Assembly: GCA_965215605.1 (NCBI GenBank)
Contig: OZ244070.1
Span: forward strand, 2,784,001-2,848,000
Direction: 5' to 3'
Source of the DNA: an uncultured Candidatus Binatia bacterium
GTDB taxonomy: Bacteria; Desulfobacterota; Binatia; UBA9968; JAJDTQ01
DNA length: 64,000 nt
Below the pieces are notes generated by a model. It saw only the letters and a list, made by a program, of their open reading frames with translations. It did no database searches and was not told the DNA's origin. Shown one piece after another: positions 1 to 10,930 of the stretch (positions within the stretch are counted from its first letter, which is position 1; each line of letters opens with the position of its first letter). A program made the translations under genes and the position numbers.

Positions 1-2727
<2,727 letters not shown>

Positions 2728-2733
2728 GGTTCT

Positions 2734-4311
2734 CTACTCCACCTTCCCGTGCAGGAACCAGCCGCGCCGCTTGGAGTCATAGTAGATCCACAGCCACGGG
2801 CCCTCGCCGTCACGGATGAAGTGGTACTCGCGGTGCACGCCGGCGCCGGACCCCCACCATCCTCCGGAGATGATGTAGGGGCCGGTCGAAGACGTCATTC
2901 CCGCGAAAGTTTGCCCTCGACCCCGATCGGGGGCGGGAATCCTGGATTCCCGCCTTTGCGGGAATGACGGAGAGAGGTGTGGGGATGACGATGCGGGTGT
3001 TGCCGTTCCCGTATCCATGTGGAGTCTTGACGCAGTCTTGTGCGGAAGCCGGACGGGCTTGGGGAAGAAACGCCGCACCAGCGGGCGCAGCCGGACCGGT
3101 CGCGGCCTCGGCGCCGGCACGTCTTCCATGGGCTCCCAGGTGAAGCGCGCCTCCGGAAGATGCCCGGCACGGGGCCGCGCCCGCAGCAGCGCGCCGTCGC
3201 CGAACCGGGCGCGCAGCCGCGCCAGTGCACGATTCGCCGCGTCGCGGTCGCGCGCGGCGCCGTCACGGAAAAGCTCTCCCTGCCGGATACCCGGCGAACT
3301 CCCCTGGAGTTCCATGAGGATTTCCGTCACCCCGGCCGGCAGCTCCGTGGCTTCCATGCGGAGCCGCAGCAACTCCAGGATCTGCGCCCGGTCCAGGGTG
3401 GGTCGGGCCGGCCGCAGGGTCTCGGCCTTCTCCGACTTGTCGTCCAGCCGGAGCTGGAGGAGGAGGGCGGTCATCACCTCGTGCCGCTGCTCCAGCGCTT
3501 CAAGCAAAGGCTCCAGCAGCTTCTCCATGAGCACCGTCAGCCGCTGGCGGTCGCTCTCCGGGTAGTCCAGGAAGATCCCCGCGGCGGTGGGCTCGGACGG
3601 CGCCTCCGGATGGAGCGGGCTCCACAGGTCGCCCGTGGCCAGCCGGTGGAGCCGGTGGGCTTCCCGTCCCAGCCGCGAGCGCACCTGGGACGCGGGCAGG
3701 TCCAGGAAGCCGCCCAGGGTGTGGATACCGAGCCGGGCCAGGAGGTCGCGGACCTTGGGGACGAGGTCGAGACGTTCGATCCGGACGTCGCGGACATGTT
3801 TGTGCTCTTCCTCGGGCGTGCGGAAGACCACGACCCGGTCGCTGGCCCTGGCCGCGGCATAGCTGCCGAAACGAGAGAACCCTACGGCCACGGTGTTGCG
3901 AAGGCCGGCGCCGTCGAGGTCGCCGTGGATGAGCCCGGCCCATTCCTCCAGGCGGGGATGGAGCAGGGAAAGCCCCGAGGCCCCGAGCCAGAACACACCG
4001 GGCTCGTCCCGGGAGGGCTCCACCTCGGCGGCGAAGCGCCGCAGGCGTGGAACCAGGCCGGCCACGGCCTTGTCGATGGCCAAGGGGGCAATGACGTCCG
4101 CCCGGAGATGGCGCGAGAGCGCGAGCCCCGCGCCATAGCTCATGCCCGGGAGGATGCACATGGCCCGCGCCCGCCGGTTTACCCAGAGGATGGTCCCCTG
4201 GGCCTTGTCCCGGTCCACCACCGCGGCGGGATGGTCTTTCCAGTCCGGATGGTCCCGGAGCAGCAGTTGCAGGGGAAAGGCTGCAAGGTCAACACAGGCC
4301 ATCCGTTCCAC
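2734..4311 (-). CDS. imuB: ImuB, inactive Y-family polymerase-like mutasome subunit
   Basis: ORF 2734..4416; probable start GTG 4311 or ATG 4302, overlapping the imuA stop. N-terminal MACVDLAAFPLQ, C-terminal GPYIISGGWW...REYHF...LWIYYD...WFLHG, and position between imuA and dnaE2. Confidence 0.88.
   Translation of the reverse strand: MERMACVDLAAFPLQLLLRDHPDWKDHPAAVVDRDKAQGTILWVNRRARAMCILPGMSYGAGLALSRHLRADVIAPLAIDKAVAGLVPRLRRFAAEVEPSRDEPGVFWLGASGLSLLHPRLEEWAGLIHGDLDGAGLRNTVAVGFSRFGSYAAARASDRVVVFRTPEEEHKHVRDVRIERLDLVPKVRDLLARLGIHTLGGFLDLPASQVRSRLGREAHRLHRLATGDLWSPLHPEAPSEPTAAGIFLDYPESDRQRLTVLMEKLLEPLLEALEQRHEVMTALLLQLRLDDKSEKAETLRPARPTLDRAQILELLRLRMEATELPAGVTEILMELQGSSPGIRQGELFRDGAARDRDAANRALARLRARFGDGALLRARPRAGHLPEARFTWEPMEDVPAPRPRPVRLRPLVRRFFPKPVRLPHKTASRLHMDTGTATPASSSPHLSPSFPQRRESRIPAPDRGRGQTFAGMTSSTGPYIISGGWWGSGAGVHREYHFIRDGEGPWLWIYYDSKRRGWFLHGKVE
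2893..2969. repeat. dRS3/REP-like palindromic element lying in frame inside imuB
   Basis: CGTCATTCCCGCGAAAG-[24 nt]-CGGGAATCC-T-GGATTCCCGCCTTTGCGGGAATGACG. Contains an ATTCCC-N8-GGGAAT unit; related copy at 24319-24433. Confidence 0.8.
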
Positions 4312-4936
4312 GGCAAGACTCCATGTGGCTCCATCCCGGTGCACCGCGCTTGTCCTTGACCATGCGGATTTCCCAGTCGAAGCGGCTGAAGGCGGTTCTC
4401 GAAATCCTTCCTTCACCGTGAAGCGACACGAGCGGTCCCAGCGAGGGCGCGCCCCTCTTCTTGCGGGTGAGGCAGAGGAGCGCCGCGTGGTGCTTCCGGG
4501 CCAAGGCCGCCAGGCGGCTCTGGACCGCCATGTGCATCCGTGTCTCGGCCTTCAGGTCCAGCACCACCAGGCCGAACGCGCCGGAGCGCAGTAGCTGGTC
4601 GGCCGCGCGGGACGCGGCGAGAGCATCGGGGACCCGGACCACCGGCAGGGCCTCGAGATCGATGCCCCACTCGGCGAAATCCGGCGGAAAGAAGATCGAG
4701 TTGCCGAAGCCGATCCACGCCGCGGGCTCTCCCCGCTGCTGGGCCTGGAGGATCAACGCAGCCGCGGCGGTGAGGGAAGGGGCCGCGCCCGAGTCCGACA
4801 TTTCGGTGAGCCGTCCGGCCAGGGAGGACAGGTTCCATGCCCTCGGGGTCTCGCGGACAGGCCGGCGCCGTGGCGTCGCGGGGGCGGCGCCCGAAGCCGG
4901 TATGGCGTCGTGAGTCTTTTCGGCGAAAACGTCCAT
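4289..4936 (-). CDS. imuA: ImuA (RecA/SulA-like protein, degenerate Walker A)
   Basis: RecA-like motifs LAGRLTEMS, AAWIG...FFPPDFAEWGIDLEAL, ADQLLRSGAFGLVVLDL; lies between lexA and imuB. Confidence 0.85.
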   Translation of the reverse strand: MDVFAEKTHDAIPASGAAPATPRRRPVRETPRAWNLSSLAGRLTEMSDSGAAPSLTAAAALILQAQQRGEPAAWIGFGNSIFFPPDFAEWGIDLEALPVVRVPDALAASRAADQLLRSGAFGLVVLDLKAETRMHMAVQSRLAALARKHHAALLCLTRKKRGAPSLGPLVSLHGEGRISRTAFSRFDWEIRMVKDKRGAPGWSHMESCRGTDGLC

Positions 4937-5023
4937 GAAAGCTCTCCGTGTCCCGCAAAAGGCAAAGGATCGGGCGCCGGGAACACGTTGCCCCGGATGC
5001 CGCGCCCATGCGATCCTTCGGGT

Positions 5024-5626
5024 CTATCCTTCCAGATAGCGTCTCACCTCCACCACCTTGCCCAGGACGGTGCACTCATCGGCCCTGGGAACGATGGTTG
5101 CGAAAGCCGGGTTCTCCGGGTGTAGCTCGATCCGGCTCCGGCGCAGCCGGAGCCTCTTGATGGTGGCCTCGTCGCCCACCAGGGCCACGACGATGTCGCC
5201 CGAGGCGGCTTCCGCCTGCTGCCTCACGACGACGATGTCGCCCGGAAGGATGCCCGCCCCGGTCATGCTCTCCCCCTGGACCCGGAGCCCGAACACGTCT
5301 TCCGAGCCCCGTGACTGGACCGGGATGTAGCCTTCGCATTCCTCGATGGCTGCCCGCAGCCCGCCCGCCTGCACCCGTCCCAGCAGCGGCACGAACAGCG
5401 TCCCGGGCTCCCGGGGCAGACGATAGCCCCTGGATTTCCCGTGCGCCTTGACCAGCCGCCCCTCGGCCACCAGCCGCTCCAGATGCTGCCGGGCGGTCTG
5501 CACCGCCCTGAACCGGAACGCCTCCTGGACCTCCCGCACCGTGGGAGGAAGCTCCTCCAGGGTCCGCCTGCGCACGAACCGGTAAACCTTGTCACGGGTC
5601 TCTCCCGGTGGAGTGAAGGGTGTCAT
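5024..5626 (-). CDS. lexA: LexA SOS repressor
   Basis: wHTH PPTVREVQEAF..., Ala-Gly cleavage site (GRVQAG), catalytic Ser (GESM) and Lys (TIKRL). Start chosen at ATG 5626. Confidence 0.93.
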   Translation of the reverse strand: MTPFTPPGETRDKVYRFVRRRTLEELPPTVREVQEAFRFRAVQTARQHLERLVAEGRLVKAHGKSRGYRLPREPGTLFVPLLGRVQAGGLRAAIEECEGYIPVQSRGSEDVFGLRVQGESMTGAGILPGDIVVVRQQAEAASGDIVVALVGDEATIKRLRLRRSRIELHPENPAFATIVPRADECTVLGKVVEVRRYLEG

Positions 5627-5636
5627 GAGGATGCAC

Positions 5637-5658
5637 ATACCAGACTTTTGTCTGGTAT
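5637..5658. promoter_or_regulatory. Perfect palindrome just upstream of lexA, candidate LexA operator
   Basis: ATACCAGAC-TTTT-GTCTGGTAT (9-bp arms), 10 nt upstream of the lexA ATG. Confidence 0.65.
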
Positions 5659-5696
5659 ACAAGAAGAATAGACTGGCGTGAAACTCGCCGCTGCCG

Positions 5697-5816
5697 TCAC
5701 TTCGCGGCGTCTACCGTGCGGACGTGTCCGTGAGCAGCGTCGGCGAGGATCGCGTCGTCGGCGGTCAGGAGCCCTGGGTCGTCGTTGACGACCCAGATCA
5801 ACGCATGGGTGTCGAA
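5697..5816 (-). pseudogene. Internally deleted PIN-domain (VapC-like) toxin relic
   Basis: Translates FDTHALIWVVNDDP|GLLTADDAILADAAHGHVRTVDAAK*: a PIN N-terminal motif (DTHALIW..DDP) joined directly to a C-terminal motif (LLTAD..IL). No start codon; an in-frame stop precedes it. Confidence 0.6.
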
Positions 5817-5912
5817 TCAAGGCCCTTACACCACAAGGAAAGCCGAGCACATGCACAGCATCTTGATTGCATCGCAATCCCCGCTTAAATTGACAACCAT
5901 GGGAGGACGAAC

Positions 5913-5969
5913 ATGGCGAGCATCACGATCCGCAATCTCGACGACGAGGTGAAGACGCGCGCTCGATGA
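5913..5969 (+). pseudogene. 5' fragment of a FitA-like ribbon-helix-helix antitoxin, cut off by the IS remnant
   Basis: GGAGG RBS, then MASITIRNLDDEVKTR, then IS sequence from ~5959. Upstream inverted repeat GATTGC-ATC-GCAATC (5865-5879). Confidence 0.7.
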
Positions 5970-6630
5970 AGATGTTGTCCATGCACCGGCCCCTGCCGTC
6001 CATGGAGATGGCGACGCCGGCGTCCTTGAGCACGGAGGTGAACTCCAGGCTGGTGAACTGGCTGCCCTGGTCGGTGTTGAAGATCTCGGGAGGGCCGTAG
6101 CGTTCCAGAGCCTCTGAGAGGGCCTCGACACAGAAGCGGGCATCGAGGGTGTTCGACAGCCTCCAGGAGAGCACCCGGCGGGTGGCCCAGTCCATCACCG
6201 CCACCAGGTACAGGAAGCCCTTCTGGACAGGGATATAGGTTATATCTGCGGTCCACGCGTGATTGGGCCGTTCGATGGCGACCCCCTTGAGCCGATAGGG
6301 GTAGACCCGGTGCTCGGGATGCGGTCGGGTGGTCCGCGGCGCCTGGTAGATGGCCTGGAGACCCATCAGGCGCATCAGACGCCGCACCCGGTGACGACCC
6401 ACACGGTCGCCCTCCCGCCACAGATGGCGGACCATCTGGCGGCTGCCGTAGAAGGGGTACTCCAGGAACAGCTTGTCGATCCGGCGCATCAGCGCCAGAT
6501 TCTCCGCGCTCTCGCCCTTGGGCCTGTGGTACACGGAGGATCGACTCACTCGAAGCAGATGGCATTGACGGCTCAAGCTGAGCTTGGGATGGCCGGGCTC
6601 GATCATCCCCCGGCGCTTCTCCCGGCTCAC
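5959..6630 (-). pseudogene. IS3-family transposase OrfB (DDE integrase core), truncated
   Basis: WTADITYIP, FNTDQGSQFTS and MDNIFIER present; the C-terminal part seen in the second copy is absent. Confidence 0.85.
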
Positions 6631-6908
6631 CACTTGAGCCCTTTGGCCAAAAAATCCCGCTCCACCGTCAACTCCCCGATCTTCGCGTGCAGGTCCCGAA
6701 CCTCCCCCTCGTGGTCGCCCCTCGTCCGCTCCGCACCCTTCGTGAAAACCTCCTTCATCCCCTCCACCGCACGCTGCTTCCACGTGCTCACCTGGTTCGG
6801 ATGAACCTTGTGCCGCACAGCGATCTCCTGGATCGTCTTGTCCCCCCGCAGCGCCTCCAGCGCCACCTTCGCCTTGAACTCTCCGCTGAACCTTCGTCGT
6901 GTGCTCAT
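6627..6908 (-). CDS. IS3-family transposase OrfA (HTH)
   Basis: MSTRRRFSGEFKAKVALEAL...VERDFLAKGLKW. Confidence 0.88.
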   Translation of the reverse strand: MSTRRRFSGEFKAKVALEALRGDKTIQEIAVRHKVHPNQVSTWKQRAVEGMKEVFTKGAERTRGDHEGEVRDLHAKIGELTVERDFLAKGLKW

Positions 6909-7085
6909 TGCGTATCCCTCCCTAAGTCGGTGGAATACACCTTAGCAACCTGTCCGATTTTCCAGGACCACCTCAGTCTGCCGCCTCCCTATCCTCCCGA
7001 TTCGCACCCCACGGCCTGATCTGCTAAAAATTTTCCAATCTCGCTCCGAACCCCACGAACAATCCCGGGGCCGGGAGGATGCAGC

Positions 7086-8018
7086 TTGATCGAGGTCGAG
7101 GGTCTCACCCGAAAGTATGGTGATCTGGTGGCGGTGGACGATGCTTCCTTTTCCATCGGGAAGGGGGAGGTCGTCGGCCTGCTGGGGCATAACGGCGCCG
7201 GCAAGACCACCATCATGCGCATGCTCACCGGCTACATCGAACCCACCGCCGGGTCGGTGGTCATCGACGGCATGCCGCTTTACGACGCGCGACTGAGCAT
7301 CCAGCGGAAGATTGGCTATCTGTCCGAGAACGCTCCGCTTTATCCGGACATGTCGGTGGTGCGCTATCTCGAGTACGTGGCCGACCTGCGCGGGGTCCCG
7401 CGCGCCGGCCGTCCGTCCGTGCTCAGGCGGGCGCTGGAGCGGACATGGCTGACGGACCGGGCGCTGGATCCCGTGGGCACGCTCTCGAAGGGCTACAAGC
7501 AGCGGCTGGGAGTGGCCCAGGCCATCGTGCATGAGCCGGAGATCCTGATCCTCGACGAGCCCACCAACGGTCTGGACCCCACGCAGATCTTCCAGATGCG
7601 GTCGCTGGTCCGGGACTTGAGCGAGAACGCCACCATCATCGTCTCCACGCACGTCCTTCAGGAGGTGGAGGCGATATGCGAACGGGTGATCATCATGGTG
7701 CAGGGACGCATCGCGGTGGATGCCCGGCTGAGTGAGCTGCAGCAGTCCCACCGGCTGGTGGTGGGGCTCGGCAATCCGTCCGACGAAGCGGCGGAACGGC
7801 TCGGGGAGCTTCCGGGAGTGGGGCTGGTGTCGCCGGCGGAGGGGCCGCGCGGAGAGAGCTACGCCCTGGATCTCGAGGTTCCCGTGGACGAGGTGGCTCC
7901 CGGCGTGGCCAGGGAAGCGGTCGAACGCGGCTGGGATCTCTTTCGCATGAGCGAGGAGGCCCGTACCCTGGAGACCGTGTTCCGCGAGGTAGGGGAGAGA
8001 GGCGGCCATGTCCGGTAG
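7086..8018 (+). CDS. ABC transporter ATP-binding protein (GldA-like)
   Basis: Walker A GHNGAGKT, signature LSKGYKQR, Walker B LILDEPTNGLDP. Confidence 0.92.
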   Translation: MIEVEGLTRKYGDLVAVDDASFSIGKGEVVGLLGHNGAGKTTIMRMLTGYIEPTAGSVVIDGMPLYDARLSIQRKIGYLSENAPLYPDMSVVRYLEYVADLRGVPRAGRPSVLRRALERTWLTDRALDPVGTLSKGYKQRLGVAQAIVHEPEILILDEPTNGLDPTQIFQMRSLVRDLSENATIIVSTHVLQEVEAICERVIIMVQGRIAVDARLSELQQSHRLVVGLGNPSDEAAERLGELPGVGLVSPAEGPRGESYALDLEVPVDEVAPGVAREAVERGWDLFRMSEEARTLETVFREVGERGGHVR

Positions 8019-10908
8019 CATCTGGAGCATCGCCAGGAAGGAGTTCTCCACCTATTTCTCTTCGCCGGTGGCGTTCATCTTTCTGGGGACGTTCTCGGCC
8101 GTGTGCCTGTTCATCTTCTTCTGGGTCGAGCAGTTCTTTGCGCGCAACATCGTCGATGCAAGGCCGTTGTTCGAGTGGATGCCGATCCTGCTCATCTTTC
8201 TCAGCGCGGCCCTGACCATGAAGATGTGGAGCGAAGAACGGCGCATGGAGACCCTGGAGTTCCTCTTCACCATGCCGGTCAAGACGCTCCATCTGGTGCT
8301 GGGCAAGTTCCTGGCCTGTCTGGGGCTGGTGGCCATCGCCCTGGCGCTGACCCTGGGCGTGCCGGTCACCGTTTCGTTCATGGGCCCCCTCGACTGGGGC
8401 CCGGTGCTGGGCGCCTACACGGCGTCGCTGCTGCTGGCGGCCGCCTACTGCTCCATCGGCCTCTACATCAGCGCGCGTAACGAGAGTCAGATCGCCAGCC
8501 TCATCCTCACCACCGTCATCGGCTTCGTGTTCTACCTGTTGGGGTCCCTGACGTTCGGTTTTCTGGCGGGCGTCCAGTGGGCCGAATACCTCGGTCTGGC
8601 CGCCACGGGCGTCCGCTTCGAGTCCATCACCCGGGGCGTCCTGGACCTTCGGGACATCTACTACTACGTCAGCATCGTCGGCGTATTTCTCGCCTTGAAC
8701 GTCTTTTCCCTGGAGCGGCTGCGGTGGTCGCGGGAGGGCCAGAAGACGCGCCACCGCGCCTGGCGGGCCGTGACTGCGCTGGTGGTGCTCAATTTCGTCC
8801 TGGCCAACTTCTGGCTCCACCGCGGACTGACGGCGCGCGCGGACCTCACGGCGGGAAAGGACTACTCCATTTCCCAGGCGACCCGGGACCTCGTCGCCCA
8901 GTTGCAGGAGCCGCTGCTCATCCGGGGTTACTTCAGCGCCCGCACCCACCCGGTGCTGGCGCCGCTGGTGCCCCGGATCCGGGATACCATTCGCGAGATC
9001 GAGTCCATCGGCGGCGGCCGCGTGCGCACGGAGTTCGTGGACCCACGGGAGGAGCCCGGTCTCGAGGAGGAGGCCAATCAGCGCTACGGCATCCGGCCGG
9101 TCCCCTTCCGGACAGAGGACCGCTACCAGACTTCGCTGGTCAACTCGTACTTCGACCTGCTGATCCAGTACGGCGACAAGCACGAGGTGCTGCGGTTCCA
9201 GGATCTGATCGAGATCAAGGGCGGGCGGACGGGAACCGACGTGCGCCTTCGGAACCTCGAGTACGATCTGGCCCGGGCCATCAAGAAGGTGCTGTACGGC
9301 TTTCAGGACATTGGTGCGCTGTTCGCCGGCATCGATCAGCCGGTGGAATTCCGGGGATATGTCTCGTCGGTGGACAAGCTGCCGAAGTCCATCGCGCCCT
9401 TCAAGCGCCACTTGCTGACGTCGCTGAGGGAACTCCGCAAGGAATCGGAGGGAAAGTTCAATTACGAGATCATCGATCCCGAGGCCAAGGGTGTCGCCGA
9501 GCAATTGGCCCAACAGTACGGCTTCCGGCCCATGGCGGCGGGACCCTTCGATCCGAAACGCTTTTATTTCTACATGGTCATGAAGAACAACGGCAACACG
9601 GTGCAGGTGCCCCTGCCCGGGAAGCTGAACCAGGAATCCGCCAAACGGAGCGTGGAGTCCGCGCTCCGCAGGTTTGCCCCTGGGTTCATCAAGACCGTCG
9701 GCTTCCACACCCCGCCGCCGGAGCCCCGGCAGCCGGGAGCGCGTTTCCAGCCGCCGCCCCGGCAGTTCCGGTTCGTGCTGCAGAAGCTCAGGCAGAACTA
9801 CCGCCTCGCCGAGGTGGACCTCAAGTCCGGGCTGGTGCCGGAGAACGTGGATCTGCTGCTGCTCGCGGCACCCAAGGAGCTGACGCCGAAGCAGCGGTTC
9901 GCCGTGGACCAGTTTCTCATGAAGGGCGGCTCCGTGGCGGTGTTGACCTCGCCCTACACCGTGGCACGCACCCCGGCCGGTCTCGCCGCCAGCCGCCACA
10001 CCTCGAACCTCGAACCGCTGCTGGAGCACTACGGCGTGACGGTGCAGAAGACCCTGGTGCTGGATCCACGGAACGAGCCCTTCCCGGTGTTCGTGAACCG
10101 CAAGGCGGGCGCCTTTACCGTCCGTGAGCTGCAGCTCGTGCCGTATCCCTACTTCGTCGACGTCAGGGGCGAGGGCCTGAACCAGGACAACCCCATCACT
10201 TCCCGGCTGCCCCAGTTGACCCTGAGCTGGACCTCGCCGCTGACTCTTCCCGAAGAACAGCCCGGCGGCGTCACCGCGACGACGCTGCTTTCCAGCTCCG
10301 GGGAGTCCTGGGTCTCGAGCTCCCTGAAGGTGCATCCCGATTTCAAGGTCCACCCGAAGCTTGGGTTCGAGAAGGAGGGACAACCCAAGGGATGGGTGCT
10401 GGCAGCGGTGGTGGAAGGCAGTTTCCGTTCCTACTACGCGGGCAAGGAATCGCCGTTGCTGGCCAGGGAAGACGGCGGTGAAGAGAAGCCGACGCCGCCC
10501 GAGGGCGGCGAGGCCGCGGAGAAGAAGGACGGCGAGGAGGAGCCGGTGGTGACCGGCATGATCGAAAAGTCGCCGGAGTCGGCCCGAATCATCCTGGTGG
10601 GTTCCAATGATGCTTTCACCGACCAGACCCTCCAGTTGTCACGCGCGGCAAACAACGACCGGTTCGTGAACTCGCTGCAATTCCTGGAGAACGTGGCGGA
10701 CTGGGCCTTGGAGGACCGCGCCCTGCTGTCCATCCGGAGCCGCGCCCACTTCGCCCGCACCCTCGTGCCGATGACCCGCGAGCAGAAGGCCTTCTGGGAG
10801 TACCTGAACTACGGCATCGTGCTGATGGGCTTGGCGTTGATCTACGGCGGCTACCGGTATCATCTGCGCCGCCTGCGCGACTCATACGAGAGAATGCTGA
10901 CGGCGTAG
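8008..10908 (+). CDS. ABC-2 permease fused to a GldG/GIFT-like domain (GldF-GldG fusion)
   Basis: Hydrophobic N-terminus (ARKEFSTYFSSPVAFIF; WSEERRMETLEFLFTMP), then ADLTAGKDYSIS, a soluble domain and a C-terminal TM helix. Confidence 0.85.
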   Translation: MSGSIWSIARKEFSTYFSSPVAFIFLGTFSAVCLFIFFWVEQFFARNIVDARPLFEWMPILLIFLSAALTMKMWSEERRMETLEFLFTMPVKTLHLVLGKFLACLGLVAIALALTLGVPVTVSFMGPLDWGPVLGAYTASLLLAAAYCSIGLYISARNESQIASLILTTVIGFVFYLLGSLTFGFLAGVQWAEYLGLAATGVRFESITRGVLDLRDIYYYVSIVGVFLALNVFSLERLRWSREGQKTRHRAWRAVTALVVLNFVLANFWLHRGLTARADLTAGKDYSISQATRDLVAQLQEPLLIRGYFSARTHPVLAPLVPRIRDTIREIESIGGGRVRTEFVDPREEPGLEEEANQRYGIRPVPFRTEDRYQTSLVNSYFDLLIQYGDKHEVLRFQDLIEIKGGRTGTDVRLRNLEYDLARAIKKVLYGFQDIGALFAGIDQPVEFRGYVSSVDKLPKSIAPFKRHLLTSLRELRKESEGKFNYEIIDPEAKGVAEQLAQQYGFRPMAAGPFDPKRFYFYMVMKNNGNTVQVPLPGKLNQESAKRSVESALRRFAPGFIKTVGFHTPPPEPRQPGARFQPPPRQFRFVLQKLRQNYRLAEVDLKSGLVPENVDLLLLAAPKELTPKQRFAVDQFLMKGGSVAVLTSPYTVARTPAGLAASRHTSNLEPLLEHYGVTVQKTLVLDPRNEPFPVFVNRKAGAFTVRELQLVPYPYFVDVRGEGLNQDNPITSRLPQLTLSWTSPLTLPEEQPGGVTATTLLSSSGESWVSSSLKVHPDFKVHPKLGFEKEGQPKGWVLAAVVEGSFRSYYAGKESPLLAREDGGEEKPTPPEGGEAAEKKDGEEEPVVTGMIEKSPESARIILVGSNDAFTDQTLQLSRAANNDRFVNSLQFLENVADWALEDRALLSIRSRAHFARTLVPMTREQKAFWEYLNYGIVLMGLALIYGGYRYHLRRLRDSYERMLTA

Positions 10909-10930
10909 CCTTGATGGAAGGGTTTTCCGC

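Larger units (their letters stand above)
5959..6975 (-). mobile_element. IS3-family element, 3'-truncated copy (IRL present; orfB end and IRR missing)
   Basis: IRL TGAGGTGGTCCTGGAAAATCGGACAGG ends at 6975. orfA 6627..6908; orfB stops after MDNIFIER. Near-identical to the complete copy at 62172-63504. Confidence 0.92.
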
